DNA of 64,000 bases from Octopus vulgaris (GCA_951406725.2 OX597824.1:44330001-44394000), one strand, 5' to 3'. Numbered from the stretch's first letter, positions 11,574 through 24,570 are shown. Numbers and translations: made by a program. The notes: generated by a model not told the origin, from the letters alone.

Positions 11574-12032
11574 TTTGAATTTTTTCCAATAATAATATTG
11601 TATACGACTTGAGATGTTTTACTTGCTTTAATGTTTGTTGTCCTCTTTAACAATTATATATCCGCTGCATTACCTCCATACTTTGTGTATATATATATAA
11701 TTCAAAGAGAGTTAGAGGTTGTGAATCCAACCAACTAAAGGATAGTATCTATCCAATATACTGCTGGTAGAATATCCAGTTAATACACAAGTGTTGGTTA
11801 TTGGATGGAAATTACACTACTGAGTATAATAACTAGGCGAGGGTAATAAGTGGTTTTACCCTTAATTTATATGGCAAGAAGAAAATGGAGGGAATCCAGA
11901 GGTAGTATTCATCAGCTGTTAGTCATTATATTATGTCCATTTATTTATTTGAAACAGTTCTGATAATATATATATATATATATACATATATAATGTACTA
12001 GTAATTTCTAAAATAGAGAAAGAAGAGCAGTT

Positions 12033-12168
12033 TCTTACAGCTGTTTCTGTCAAGAGGTCACAGTACTCCACATATTATTTCCCTCTTTTCAGTGTACTGT
12101 AGTGTGTACTGTAGTGAGTGGTAGATAAAATTAGGGTGCTCGGGTGTGCCTCTAGGCTTCATCAGAGA
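12033..12168 (-). ncRNA. hammerhead motif with very long (~110 nt) stem II region
   Basis: Minus strand: tct CTGATGA agcc...ttgaca GAAA cagctg TA aga. A paralogue at 18121-18244 has core CTGACAA. Confidence 0.55.
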
Positions 12169-12239
12169 GTTTTATAAGATAGTCCAAGAAGTTCAGAGGG
12201 CTAATTTATGCATATATAAATATATTTCATGAACTGTCA

Positions 12240-13640
12240 CAATTACTCGGAATACAGCATATTCACACCACAAGCTACTGACCCATTGTGAATGGAATAG
12301 TAGAGCGTTTTCATAGACAGCTAAAAGATGTGATCCATGTTGCTCCTGAACCCCACTGTTGGTCAGTATTCCTTCCCATTGTTCTACTAGGCTGCCATTC
12401 AGCCATCAAAGCAGATTTTGGATACTTTTCTACCAAACTCTTGTATGGCACCACTTTGGCACTACCTGGTCAAATTCCCATTGGGAAAGCTGACCCAACT
12501 TCATATATCACTCAACTTAGATCCTTCTTTGTGGACCTACCTCCAATGTTGTCTAGACAACAGTCTATACCTTCTGCGGTTCCTTCTGATATATTCACAT
12601 GGATGTGTGTGTCTATTCGGAATGATTCTGTTAAGGGTCCATTGACACTGCCTTATTCTGGTCCTTACCATGTAATTAAGTGCACAGAGAAACTGTTTAC
12701 TGTAGATATGAATTGAAAAGATATAACTGTCTCTGTCGACAGAGTTAAAAAAAAGCATTCACCAAAATGGATATACCTTTCTTTCCATGGACATTTTCAT
12801 GCCCACCACTACAACAAGTACCTACACCCAATAAAATAAACAAATTGCAAAGACTCCACACTAACCTCAACATGTTCGGGCAGGTTGGTATATTGGCTGA
12901 AAAGACTATCAAAAACAATTTTTATATGACTTTCTGCCTCACGTTATCTGTTACGGTGACACTCATGTTTTCCAATTTCACATTCTTGTTACAAAAACAA
13001 AAAGAATGCACACAGACATCTATATATATATGTCCACATTACACACACACATACTGTTTGCCATGCGTCACATAGATCCATACAGTTGTATATATGTCCA
13101 CAAGCATCACACACACACTGTTGCTTTCCTTTTGTATGCCTTTTGCATTTACTTTTGTTATTTGTGCATGCAGATTTTTTCTCAAAGTTTTTTGTCTTTT
13201 TCACATTGTACACATTTCTCCCACAGTTGCCTCTTTGCAATCTCTGTGTGTTTGTATTCCCTTAACTTTCCGTCCACCATTCATTATTTCCAACTTCAAG
13301 TCTTGCTGGCGGGGGGTGGAGCATGGAGACAGTAACCTCCTTTGAAACCAGTTGTTTCATTCATTGGCCACTGGATGGCACACATCATGGTGTTGCATTG
13401 TGGGAGAATTAAATCTATAGCTTTTGGATGATGCAACCATAGTGATTAGACGTATTTTCTTCCTGCTGTGATTCCAAGTGATGTAACAGTCAAACATAAC
13501 CACCTCTTGTATATGAATATGAATGCACAGAAACTGTCTTTATCTCTTTCTATACAAATACTGTAATTTGCATGCAGTATCAAGATTAAAACGACTTACA
13601 GCTGTATTTGCAAATTCTTATTGTCTTTTTATTCTTATAG
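12240..13640 (+). mobile_element. Gypsy LTR retrotransposon 3' fragment (integrase C-terminus, PPT, LTR)
   Basis: NGIVERFHRQLKD...LLYGTTLALPG...PYSGPYHV (GPY/F motif). A purine tract ggggggtggagca is followed by TG at 13324. LTR end is approximate. Confidence 0.8.
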
Positions 13641-14639
13641 TTGGGAAATGTCTGTCTTCTACAGTTCAGCATTTGTTGTTAGGAGCAAAATTTTCTAAAC
13701 ATTCCAGCCACGATCATGTCATCTTTTGTTTTCAGGCACAGCATATAAAGAGTCACATTTGTAAGATGGTAGGAGTTAGTTTGAGGGAAATTTAGCTACT
13801 TTTCTTTGAAATTGAGTGGCTATCTCTTATTGGCTCAATTTTCATAACTGAAACTACAACTGTTTTGGTTCACATTTTGTGAAGAGATTTCATGGGTGTT
13901 TTTAAAATAGGGGCCAATCACATTGCATATTCTAATCACTAGAATATTGCTGAAATAGAAATCAGTCATACCATGTAATATAAGGATTGGCTTTACTTTA
14001 GGGTACCTAGATGTGGAGGATGTGACCACTAATAGCTATCAAATTCTGGAAGAGACGCATCATAAATTTTGAGTGAGGATTTGTGTGTCCCCTCACATTA
14101 TTGCTGGATAGTCATTGAGCCTATGCTGGGTCTATTCATCTTTTAACAGGTCTTGTTTGTATTTTATTGAGTTTCAAGTAACCATCCTCATCAGGAAATG
14201 CCAGTATAGTCACCAACAACCTGCTCATGTAGCAAGTTGTACTAAATTACATATTACTAATCAGAGTGGCCTGATTTTTATAATAGTAATTGGTCAACTG
14301 TAATTGTCAATATTAGCTTCTGAAATATCTACTGACTTTTGGTGTTTCTGGAATTATCATTATTAATGTTATTGGCTACATTGATAAGGTAGTGGACAAA
14401 ATGCCTTGATGTAATTTACTTACGTTCAAATCCCGAATCCCAGTAAAAACAACTCTGCCTTTTATCCTTCTGGAAGGGGGATAAAATAATGTAATCAATA
14501 CTTGTTAATACTAAGGTCAATATAACTACTATAATTTCCAGTCCACCAAAAAAAGTCATTTGCCTTGTACCTGTATTTTAAATTTATATTTGCTTCTTTA
14601 GAAAACCTATTTTAGATATTGTTATTATCACTATTATCA

Positions 14640-15072
14640 AGCTGCAAGAATCAGTGTGTTGGATAAAATGCTTAGCCACATTTCTTCTGGATCTTTTCAT
14701 TCAGAGTTCAAATTCTGCTAAGGGCAACTTTGACTTTCATCCTTTTAGGGTTGATAAACTGGGTAACCTGTTGTGCACTGGGATCAAAGTAATTGATTTG
14801 CTTCCTCTGCTAAAATTGCTGGCCTTGTGCAAAAGTTTGAAACTATTATTAATATTGGTTTCAAATTTTGGCACAAGGTCAGCAAGTTCAGGAGATGGGA
14901 GTTAATTGATTACATCGACCCCAGTGCTTAACTGGTGCTTATTTTATCAACCCCAAAAGGAGAAAAGGCAAAGTCATTCTTAGTGGAATTTGAACTCAGA
15001 ATGTAAGGACAGAAGAAATGCCACTAAGCATTTTAGTCTAACATACTGATGATTCTGCTAGCATGCTGCCTT
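14640..15072. mobile_element. two family-A SINEs in inverted, tail-to-tail orientation
   Basis: Plus copy ~14640-14850 (gttcaaattctgc...tgtgcaaaagtttgaaac), then minus copy ~14857-15072. Confidence 0.75.
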
Positions 15073-15249
15073 CAAACTATTATTAATATTGCTAATTCTA
15101 TCCCTCTTGTTTTAATTCACAGAATATAAAGAACACATTGCAGGAATTGGAGAGGGAGGACAGAAAGAGCCAAGTCTCAAATCAAGCCAAGAAGGTGGTA
15201 TGCTAGTAGGGTTAGAGGCATAGAAGGAGGGAATCAATTATCAATTATA

Positions 15250-15399
15250 GGTGCGGGTGTGGTAAGAAGCTTGCTTTTCAACCACATGGTTCCAAGTTCA
15301 GTCCCACTGCATGTCATCTTGGGGAAGTGTCTTCTACTATAGCCTTGGGCCGGCCAAAGCCTTGTGAGTGGATTTGGTAAGCAGAAACTGAAAGAAGCT

Positions 15400-15454
<55 letters not shown>

Positions 15455-15727
15455 CATACATACATACATACATACATACATACATACATACATACATACA
15501 TACATACATGTGTGTGTGTGTGAGTCTTTGTGTCAGTGTCCTCTACCACTGCTTGACAACCAGTGTTGGTGTGTTTACATCCCCATAACTTAGCAGTTTG
15601 GTAAAAGAGTTCAATACAAGGCTTTAAAAAAATATGTACTGGGATCATTTCATCTGCTTAAAAAAATTCTTCAAGGCGATGCCCCAGTATAGCTGTAGTC
15701 TAATGACTGAAACAAATAAAAGATAAA
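15250..15727 (+). mobile_element. SINE family B
   Basis: Head gtggtaagaagcttgc...gttcagtcccactgc, internal TA/TACA microsatellite, tail aatgactgaaacaaataaaagat. Confidence 0.8.
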
Positions 15728-16425
15728 GTTAATCTAAAGATAACGTATTTACAAATGATTAGTATTCAAAAGTTTACCACAAATAAATATACAATGAAGA
15801 AAAAACGCAATATCAGTTGATGTCTAATAATATTTTCATGTTTCTAATGGACAATTTTAGACAAGTTTCAGCATTATTCTAACCTCATTAGCAAAGCATA
15901 CCTTTACTATATATACTGGAGTAGTAATTGAAAATTATTCATCAATAAAGTGGGAACATTCAGAAAGAAGTTCATTTCAATATTTTTTGAAGCCATTTCA
16001 TATCACCAATTGACTAATATTTTATTTTTATGTTTTTTTAAAAAAATTGTTGTTGTTGGTGGTGTTGTTACTTTCATCACCACAATTAGTTTTACATTTG
16101 TTTTCTGATACTGGCATGCAATAGTAGAGTTTACAATTCTCCATCTTTTCACATGCATTACACACACACCCCCACACACGTACACAAGTATAATTTGATC
16201 ACACCTCTTTGATGCATGCAAAGTAGAAAACAGAATTATATGACTGGGTGGTTAGTTTCAGCTTGAGTTTTTCCTACTGGATAAAATCAAATCTTGGTTA
16301 TCAAATATTTCTTATCTTTTGGTACAAAGAAATATATTGAAGACCTAGAAAATAACTTAACATTAAACTAATCAACTGAACATATGGTGATATTTTCAAC
16401 TATGAGCATGCACACTGACACACAC

Positions 16426-16480
<55 letters not shown>

Positions 16481-16499
16481 AACACCTCCAATATCCCCT

Positions 16500-16534
<35 letters not shown>

Positions 16535-16669
16535 TGGGGAGAGAGAGAAAGAGAGACACAGGGCAAAGGTATGTATACATGTGTGCATATATATGTATAT
16601 AAATACATATACACATATACATACATATTCATCATTTAGTGTCCGCTTTCCATGCTAGCATGGGTTGGA

Positions 16670-16697
<28 letters not shown>

Positions 16698-16700
<3 letters not shown>

Positions 16701-16860
16701 GAGAATTCACAAAAAAACAAAAGACGAAGACAGGCAGTGTAGACAACAAACAGATGTATTAGTATAATGCTCGAGAAGTGAAAAAGTCTTTAACGTTTTG
16801 AGCCTATGCTCTTCGACAGAAAGGAACACAGAAAGGAACAAGGAGAGAAAATAAAGAATA
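16698..16860 (-). mobile_element. short Penelope-type repeat with decayed minimal hammerhead (16788-16823)
   Basis: Minus strand: cttt CTGTCGA agagcataggctc AAAA cg TT aaag. Related to 36416-36450 and follows (TA)n. Confidence 0.55.
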
Positions 16861-16861
16861 T

Positions 16862-17323
16862 AAAATTTAAAGAAAACAGAAAATGGGGATAGTATTTATA
16901 AACAACAATTTATTTGCATCAATTATTATTTATTAATTATTTACAAAATGACTGCATCCCATTTAGCAGTTGTTCCTGTTGCCAATGTTCTTTGGTATCA
17001 CCATTATTATGCTAAAAATATATATCATAGTTGGTAATAAAACCGATTTGAATCATGGAGCATGATCAGAGTGGAAAATAAGTAAACAGATAAAAAGAAG
17101 GGACAAGAAAAGAAGACAGAAAAGTTGAATATTGTGAGAATCAAGTCATGTTGTGTGTGTACGATATATATTTTTAGCATAATAATGGTGATACTAAAGA
17201 ACATTGGCGGCAGAAACAGCTGTTAGATGAGATGCAGTCTTTTTGTAAATAATAAATAATAATTGATTCAAATCAATTGTTGTTCATCAATGTTATCTCC
17301 ATTTTCTGTTTTCTTTAAATTTT
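16862..17323. repeat. foldback element, ~165-bp arms, decayed hammerhead-like motif
   Basis: Arms aaaatttaaagaaaacagaaaatgg / ccattttctgttttctttaaatttt. Right arm carries CTAAAGA...GAAA cagctg TT agat. Confidence 0.6.
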
Positions 17324-17501
17324 GATTTCTGATAAACTCTTGTTTATCCTTGTCTTTACCTATAATTTATGAGCATAACATGTTTGCCCATGTTTAAATA
17401 TAGGTCATATACCAGTAGTGTAATGGATACTTTTATCCCTTAGATTGTTATTTTAATCACTAACTCAGCTAACCTAACATATATATATATGTATATATGT
17501 A

Positions 17502-17553
<52 letters not shown>

Positions 17554-17771
17554 GCAAGAAGAAAGTAGAGGGAATCCAGAGGTAGTATTCCTCAGCTGTT
17601 AGACATTATATTATGTCTATTTATTTATTTAAAACAGTTCTGATAATATATATATATATATATATATATAAGTTCAGCAAAATTTAGATTCAAATGAATA
17701 TGGTACTTAAGTTAGATGCACCAGAATTTTGTATGGTGTTATCCACATAAATCCATGGGGTGATTATAATC

Positions 17772-18034
17772 AAAAATAAGCAACAAGAATAACTTCGGTA
17801 ATTTGGTACGATCATTTCCCGCTACATCATTTTATTAAATATTGTAAGTATTACAACAGTTTAAAATATTGAGCAATCATCAGCCATTTATAGAGGTATT
17901 AATGGAAAACCTCTATAAATGGCTGATGATTGCTCAACATTTTAAAACTGTTGTAATATTCACAATATTTAATAAAATGATGTAGCGTGAAACAATCGTA
18001 CCAAATTACCGAAGTTATTCTTGTTGCTTATTTT

Positions 18035-18035
<1 letters not shown>
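17772..18035. repeat. near-perfect palindrome with hammerhead motifs in both arms
   Basis: Plus 17920-18003: tgg CTGATGA [59 nt] GAAA caatcg TA cca. The minus arm has GAAA tgatcg TA cca, so the inferred consensus stem III is cgatcg. Confidence 0.7.
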
Positions 18036-18075
<40 letters not shown>

Positions 18076-18317
18076 GTGTAAACTACTAGTAATTTCTAGA
18101 ATGGAGAAGGAAGAGCAGTTTCTTACAGCTGTTTCTGCCAAGAGGTCACAGTACTCCACATATTATTTCCATCTTTTCAATGTACTGTAGTGATCTGTAG
18201 ATAAAATTAAGGTACTTGGGTATACCTCTAGGTTTTGTCAGTGAGTTTATAAGGTAGTCCAAGAAGTTCAGAGGGCTAATTTATGGATAGTCAACTACAT
18301 CAATCCCAGTGCTCAAC

Positions 18318-18367
<50 letters not shown>

Positions 18368-18479
18368 TTTTCTAATTTTGAGAGGGGGAGTAAGTCAAGC
18401 ATATCAACTCCAATGCTCAACTGGTACTTTATTGATGCAAAGCTGGAAGGATGATGGAAATAATAATAACAATGATAAT

Positions 18480-18688
18480 GGTTTCAAATTTTGCCACAAG
18501 GGAAGCAATTTGGGGGGAGGGGATGAGTCAATTACATCATCCCCAGTGTTCAACTGATACTTATTTTATTGACCCCAAAAGGATGAAAGGCAAAGTCAAC
18601 CTTGGCAGAATTTGAACTCAGAACGTTGCAGCAGACAAAATACTGTAAAGCATTTCACCTGGCATGCTAATGATTCTGGAAGCTCACC
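18480..18688 (-). mobile_element. SINE family A (with partial copies at ~18370-18455 and ~18713-18850)
   Basis: ggtttcaaattttgccacaagg...aaaggatgaaaggcaaagtcaac...tttgaactcagaac. Confidence 0.75.
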
Positions 18689-19114
18689 AATGGTAATAAG
18701 ATAATAATTGTCTCTAACTTAGACACAAGTCCAGCAAATTTGGAGGAGGGAGTTAGTTTTGATTGGAACTTAATTTTATTGAAGGAATGAAAGGCAAATT
18801 TAGGTTGCATTTGAACACAGGATGTAAAGAACCAAAAGAAATAACATAAGACAGAAAGAATTTAAAGAACTTTACACACTTGTATGCAGACACACACACA
18901 CACAGAAGTATACACACATCCACAGACACACACATACACACATATGCATGCATCCTCACACATACACATGTACAAACATACACATACATCTATCTCTATA
19001 TATACATGCACACAAGTACAAAAACACACATATATATGTATACATTCATGCACTCATATTTGGATGGAAATTCATAAGTACAATAAAACTATACTAAAAC
19101 AAGATATAATTTAA

Positions 19115-19335
19115 CCCTTTTGATACCAACCCAGCTGAAACTGCCTTTGGCTCTGTAGTACAAATGTGTTGTTTTCAAAAGTTATGAATTAAAATCTTCT
19201 GCCAAACCTTAGTCACAATTTATGTTCCTGACATTAGCTTAATTATAATAAGTTATTTTACTAAATTCTTTGTTATATTTAAAATTAATTGCAAGAAACA
19301 CAGAGCATCTCAACAGAAATATGGTAACAAAAGGA
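19115..19335. mobile_element. piggyBac-type MITE
   Basis: TTAA|cccttttgatacca ... tggtaacaaaagga|TTAA. Confidence 0.8.
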
Positions 19336-21123
19336 TTAAAGAAATATATGAAAGATTAGTAGTCAGGCTGTTCAATTATCTATTTCTCAAATTGTATCTG
19401 AGTGCAAACAAATGCACCAGTAAGCATTAGTAACATCTTTAATGTATTCCTAACTTTAATTTATTAGTAATCAATTTTTTGCATGCTGTTTAAATTCTCA
19501 ACCTATTGTTGTGCTATTCTAAATTCTTAGAGAGTTTGGAGTATAGAGAAATAATTTTGTCTATTAACTGCTTGTTTGATTTTCAAAGAATGGTGGATCT
19601 TTATTCATCTGTATTCTCTTTATTTCTTTATTATGTTCTTGCATAGGGATTTCATTGGTGTTTGGAAGAAATTGCTCCTCCTCACCTATTTTTATTGTTT
19701 TATGGTTTTCTTTTTCTGTTATTTTTTGTTTTTTTCCCTTGTATTTTAACTGACTATTTATGAATTTTCATCTGCAATTATTTCTTCCTCATTGTATGAT
19801 GAAAGTGTGGTACTATAAATTCGTACTGTGAGGGGATAAGGTTTTTGCTCATCTGTTTCTGATTCTGAGTTTAAAGATATTTTACTTGTCACCCCCAGAG
19901 TTTTGGCTAGTGTTACTCTGGAAGCTGGGGTTTGTTGTTGCTGTTGATTTTTGTTATTTTCGATTTTCCTTTATTTTGCTTAATCTTTCCATTTCTTCTA
20001 GAAAGATTGAATTCTGAGGTGTTTTACATTGGCAGATGTAGAGACTAAGATTTCTGCACAGAAAATTTAATTTCATTCACTTTGTCTAACAATGTCCCCA
20101 AGGTCATTCTGGTATGGCTCAGTGAACTTTGGGTATAATTAGAACTTGTAAGTCTGTTTTAATGTCCCATAATCTGAAGTTGCCTTTTGATATCACTGCT
20201 TTCACAATTCTCCCATACATTACCACAAAAGTCACTACTAGCCATGGATCTATGATGTATCAGATGTCACTTATAGTCACTTTTGTGTTTCATTGACCCA
20301 TGCATTGGAGCACAAAACTGTGTCTGATAATTTTAGCCTGTGTTTTGGTTGCATCTCTATTTTTTATAGATACAGCAGTTAGTGCCCAAGCTCTTGCCTT
20401 TTCAACTGAGAGAACTTCTCTATATATGTTCTAGAGAGTCTGTTGAACTAGTAAAGGTGAAAAAAGCATCTATCTTTTCATAAGTAGAGATAAATGATTT
20501 TCTTTTTGTCCTCTCCTGGATTATCTCTTGTAACAAAGAATTGCTGCTTGGTTTTATGAAATTTTCTCATCTACATTGTTTTTCTTATAACTGTGATAGA
20601 TCTAAAAATTCCAATAGTTCATTAGTATTAAAGAAGGTTTTACCTTCACATAAATGCTATATGAACAGATTGTAGTATTTAACTTTGTGTAAGAGTCATT
20701 ACTGCTATTGTTGTTGCTGTTTTATTTGAGTATTTGGGACGTTTTCTTCTATTAATTGTACACTTAAGTGTTCATTTTCTTCTTTTTCTTGTAAGAGGAA
20801 GAAGGAAGTGAACATTTAATTGTATGTTTTGATTTTTGTGTTAGTTTTTTTCTTCTTTTTGTAGTGTTTAGTCATGTAGCATAATTGTGTGTGGTAGCCA
20901 TTTTAGATTTGAAAATGTTATGTGGTGTAAATAAAATTTCAAAAGTTTATGAAACAAACATCCCTTTTTTCTGATGTCTACCCCCACTCCATTAAAGCAG
21001 ACCTCCTTTAGGCAATTGTAATTTTTTTTACAAGTACTACTATGAAAATTTCACTTGAAAGCACTTGAATAGATCATGTTTCAAAGTGATAATCAAAAAC
21101 ATAGCTTCACATAAATGGAGTCA

Positions 21124-21155
<32 letters not shown>

Positions 21156-21170
21156 TAATAATAATAATAA

Positions 21171-21760
21171 ATCTACTCAATCAATTCCATGTAGCCACAA
21201 CTGAAGTTGCTGGATGCTGGAAAATATAGGTTGGATTGGCTGAAGAAAGGAACACTGAAAAGAGAGGCTGGGAGCACTATATTGGCAGTGCAAGATCAAG
21301 CTTGGCCATGAATTGGAGGATCAACCTTAGGAATGACCAAGTGTTTCCGCTGTGCTGCATCTGTAATAGAGTGGATAAAAGCATTGCCCTAGACTTGCCC
21401 AAAACCGCTACATGTTGTGCCATCACAATAAGGTAGTGAAAGTGCTACATTGGAAACTGCGAAAAATGGGGGCGAGAGAAAAGCAAGATGTGGTATGAGA
21501 ACAAATTGCAGAGAGTGGCAGAGTTAGATACTTGCAAAATCCTCTGGGATTTCCCAATCCAAACAGATCAAGTACTAGAGCATAACAGACCAGGCTTAGT
21601 GGTGGTCAACAAGATGTGCTACATGTGCTATGTAGTTGATGCTACTTGTCCTTTGACCCATGAATAGTCAAGAAGGAAGACGAAAAAATAGATAAATACA
21701 ACCTTCTTAAGTACAACATAACCTGGCTGTGGAAAATGAAGGTGAAGATAGTGCCAATTA
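21171..21760 (+). mobile_element. degraded Dong/R4-like non-LTR 3' fragment after (AAT)n
   Basis: WLKKGTLKREAGSTILAVQDQA, CCIC and KILWDFPIQTDQVLEHNRPGLVVV (RLE domain). Confidence 0.75.
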
Positions 21761-21761
21761 A

Positions 21762-22475
21762 ATGAGGATTTCGTAGCTCACACAACCACTGTGTAGTATT
21801 GCGATATAACAGTGGCGACAAGGATTTTGTAGCTCACACAACCACTGTGTAGTATTGCAACATAACAAAATCAAAGGAAAATTTTTAAAAAATGAGATAG
21901 ACAGTTTATTTAGAATGATAATTTTTAAAACAAAGAATTACACACAAAATTATCTTGCAGACATCACACATGCATCTGCTTTCTCTTTGAATCTTCTTTC
22001 CTTTAGCGTCTCTCTTCTCTGTGCATTTTGCACACTGTCTTGTAGGGTTCTTTTTCTTATCACTTGGTGGTATTTCCATGGGAAAGTGACCAGCTGGGGC
22101 AAATCTTGTTGGATGTGGAATCGATGATAGTCTTCCTAGTTTCATGGAAGGCAATAAGGGCCTATATTTTTCAATAATCTTGGTGATTATTTGCATTCTA
22201 AATTTCAGCGGTTTCATAGCAGAAGCTGAAGTGTCCAAAGATGCTTTATACAAAACATAAGCATTCCAGATAGCCAAATCCATCAAATAAAAAAATACTT
22301 ATTTTTTTTAAACAACGTGAGTAAATTCATGATTGCTCAAAAATTAAACGACACAAAACAAATAAACTCATTTGAGTGCTAAAATTAAAAGTTAGTTTTG
22401 GCCGAGTATACTCGTCTGGTTCTAAAAAGATACATTTGCAATGCACGAGTAAACTCAGGATAATCAATTAAGGGG
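21762..22475 (-). mobile_element. deleted piggyBac (PGBD4-like) element retaining the transposase C-terminus
   Basis: ORF 21906-22286 reads DLAIWNAYVLY...LKFRMQII...RQCAKC...CDVC...LCVILCFKNYH (Cys-rich domain). The right end is GGG|TTAA. A 47-bp tandem duplication lies at 21765/21820. Confidence 0.8.
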
Positions 22476-23604
22476 TTAATGGTGCTACAAGCAAAATATC
22501 TGTTTCTTTCTGTTCTGGACATCCTTAGAACAGTGACCTGTGGGGTTATAGAAGTACCATCCACCTTCTCTCCTTCTGCAGATTGTAAGTGCCACTGCTA
22601 TTACTTTGGTTATTTCCTCTCAGTTTCTTTGTTTGAGCAAGGGGTCTAAAGGTGGCTTATGCAATCACATATGTTGCATTTGAGCCTTCTACCTTGCACC
22701 CCCAGCCTGATCAATTAAAGAGCTGAATGGGTATACATTGAGGATAGTCTTAAACTCTATAGGGTCATCAAAATTTGGAAGGTTAAACAGAGATCATTAC
22801 CATTCACTTTACTGTCTCTTCCATGAATCCCTAGGGTAAAATATAAAAAAATAGGCCATAGCCTTTAGTAACATATCTCATATTTCAGCTATTATTTTCC
22901 CTTCTCTGGCACCTGAAAATGATCCAAATTTTCAAAGTCACTAGCAACAATGACAAAAGAGTATTTCCACTATACAGCCATTGTTATGCATACAACTATT
23001 TGTCAAGTTGTTTTCTGGACAGATATTAGTGTATTAGTGTGAACATCCACTATGTCAGTGTCCATTTTATAATTGTCTGTTTATTTGTCTTTGTAATGTT
23101 TTTGCCTTTACCACTCAAAGCATTTTTTAAACCACAAATCAACAATACAAATAACTATCATGCTAAAATATGAAAACAGTTAAAAACAATGTTAAGCTGA
23201 GCATTTCTTCCACTGCAGAAAATTAGGTGGCCTATTAAATATTTGGTAGGTAAAATGGACAACAACACAGAAAACAAAAAAAAAGAAACAAAAAAAAAAG
23301 AACTTTTTTATTTGGTAATTCAGTAAAACTCAACTTCTAAGCAAAACCCCTATAAACAACAAGGATATGAACAACAACAACAACAACAACAATAACAATA
23401 ATTATTTCTAACATACACACAAAGCCTGAGATTTATGAGAGAAGAGATTAATTGACGATGTGTTTGGAATTTTATTGTTCCTCAAAAGGATGGAAGAGAA
23501 TGTTAAGCTCAGTAGGATTTGAATTTAGAAAGTAAAGAGCTCAAAGACATACCACAAGGTATTTTTCCACTGCTCTAATTATTCTGCCAATCCACCACCT
23601 TTAT

Positions 23605-23659
<55 letters not shown>

Positions 23660-23660
<1 letters not shown>

Positions 23661-24304
23661 CCAGAAATTCAGACTCTGTGGAAAGAGTGTGGAAAATGTG
23701 ACCCACTTGGATGTGAGAGCCTTGCACAAAAAGAATACAAACGCCACCATGATAAAGTGTGTGTGTATCTTCATTGGCTCTTATGCTGTAAATACCACTA
23801 TGAAGTAACAGAGAACTGGTATGAGCATGTACCCAGTAAAGTTATGTAAGAGGATGGAAAAGTAACGATGCTCTGGAACTATGATTTTCAGACAGCTCGT
23901 GTAATCGAACATCATTGGCTGGACATTGTCAAATCGAATAAGAGAAACAAATACTGTCAGATCATTGATGTAGCCATACCAAATGACATGAATGTTATGA
24001 GTAAAGAGGTTAAAAAAAAATCACCAAGTACTCCGAATTGAAAGTGGAAAAGGCAAGACTGTATGGAATGTGAGAGGGTAATGTAAAAGTGATACCAGTG
24101 GTGATCGGAGTGTGGGCTCAATCCTGATGAAAATTTAAGATTTCTTAAGGCAAATGAAATCCCAGGCAAGATCGGTGTCTTGCAAAAAGCAGCCTTATTG
24201 GGTACAGTGCACATCTTAATGAAAGTATTATCTGTCTGAGGCCCTTGAGAATTGACAGATGACTAAAGACTCCAGTGCATTTTTACCTACACTGTGTTAC
24301 AAAG

Positions 24305-24305
<1 letters not shown>
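23660..24305 (+). mobile_element. Dong/R4-like non-LTR 3' fragment flanked by (TAA)n on both sides
   Basis: RLCGK...GCESLAQKEYKRHHDKVC.YLHW, MLWNYDFQT, IIDVAIP and LQKAALLGTVHIL. Confidence 0.85.
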
Positions 24306-24340
<35 letters not shown>

Positions 24341-24356
24341 TAACAATAATAATAAT

Positions 24357-24570
24357 CTTTTCTACTACAGGCACAAGGCCTGAAATTTGAGGGAGGGGCA
24401 CTAGTCGTTTATATTGACCCCAGTGTTTCACTGGTACTTAATTTATTGACCCTGAAAGTATGAAAGGCAAAGTTGACCACAGTGGAATGTGAACTCAGAA
24501 CATAAAGGCAGATGAAATACTGCTAAGTACTTTGCTTTGCATGCTAATGATTCAGCCAGTTCACTGCCTT
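24357..24570 (-). mobile_element. SINE family A
   Basis: Family core gaaaggcaaagttgacc...tgaactcagaac. Confidence 0.75.

Larger units (their letters stand above)
10860..11657. mobile_element. ~800-bp foldback element carrying hammerhead motifs in both arms (Penelope/retrozyme-like)
   Basis: ataattgttaaagaggac... and ...gtcctctttaacaattat form inverted arms of ~350 bp. No coding similarity seen. Confidence 0.75.

Noticed and set aside
19380-20900. Strand-biased region resembling a decayed LINE ORF1 on the minus strand
   Set aside because: No motif I can confidently read, and many stops.
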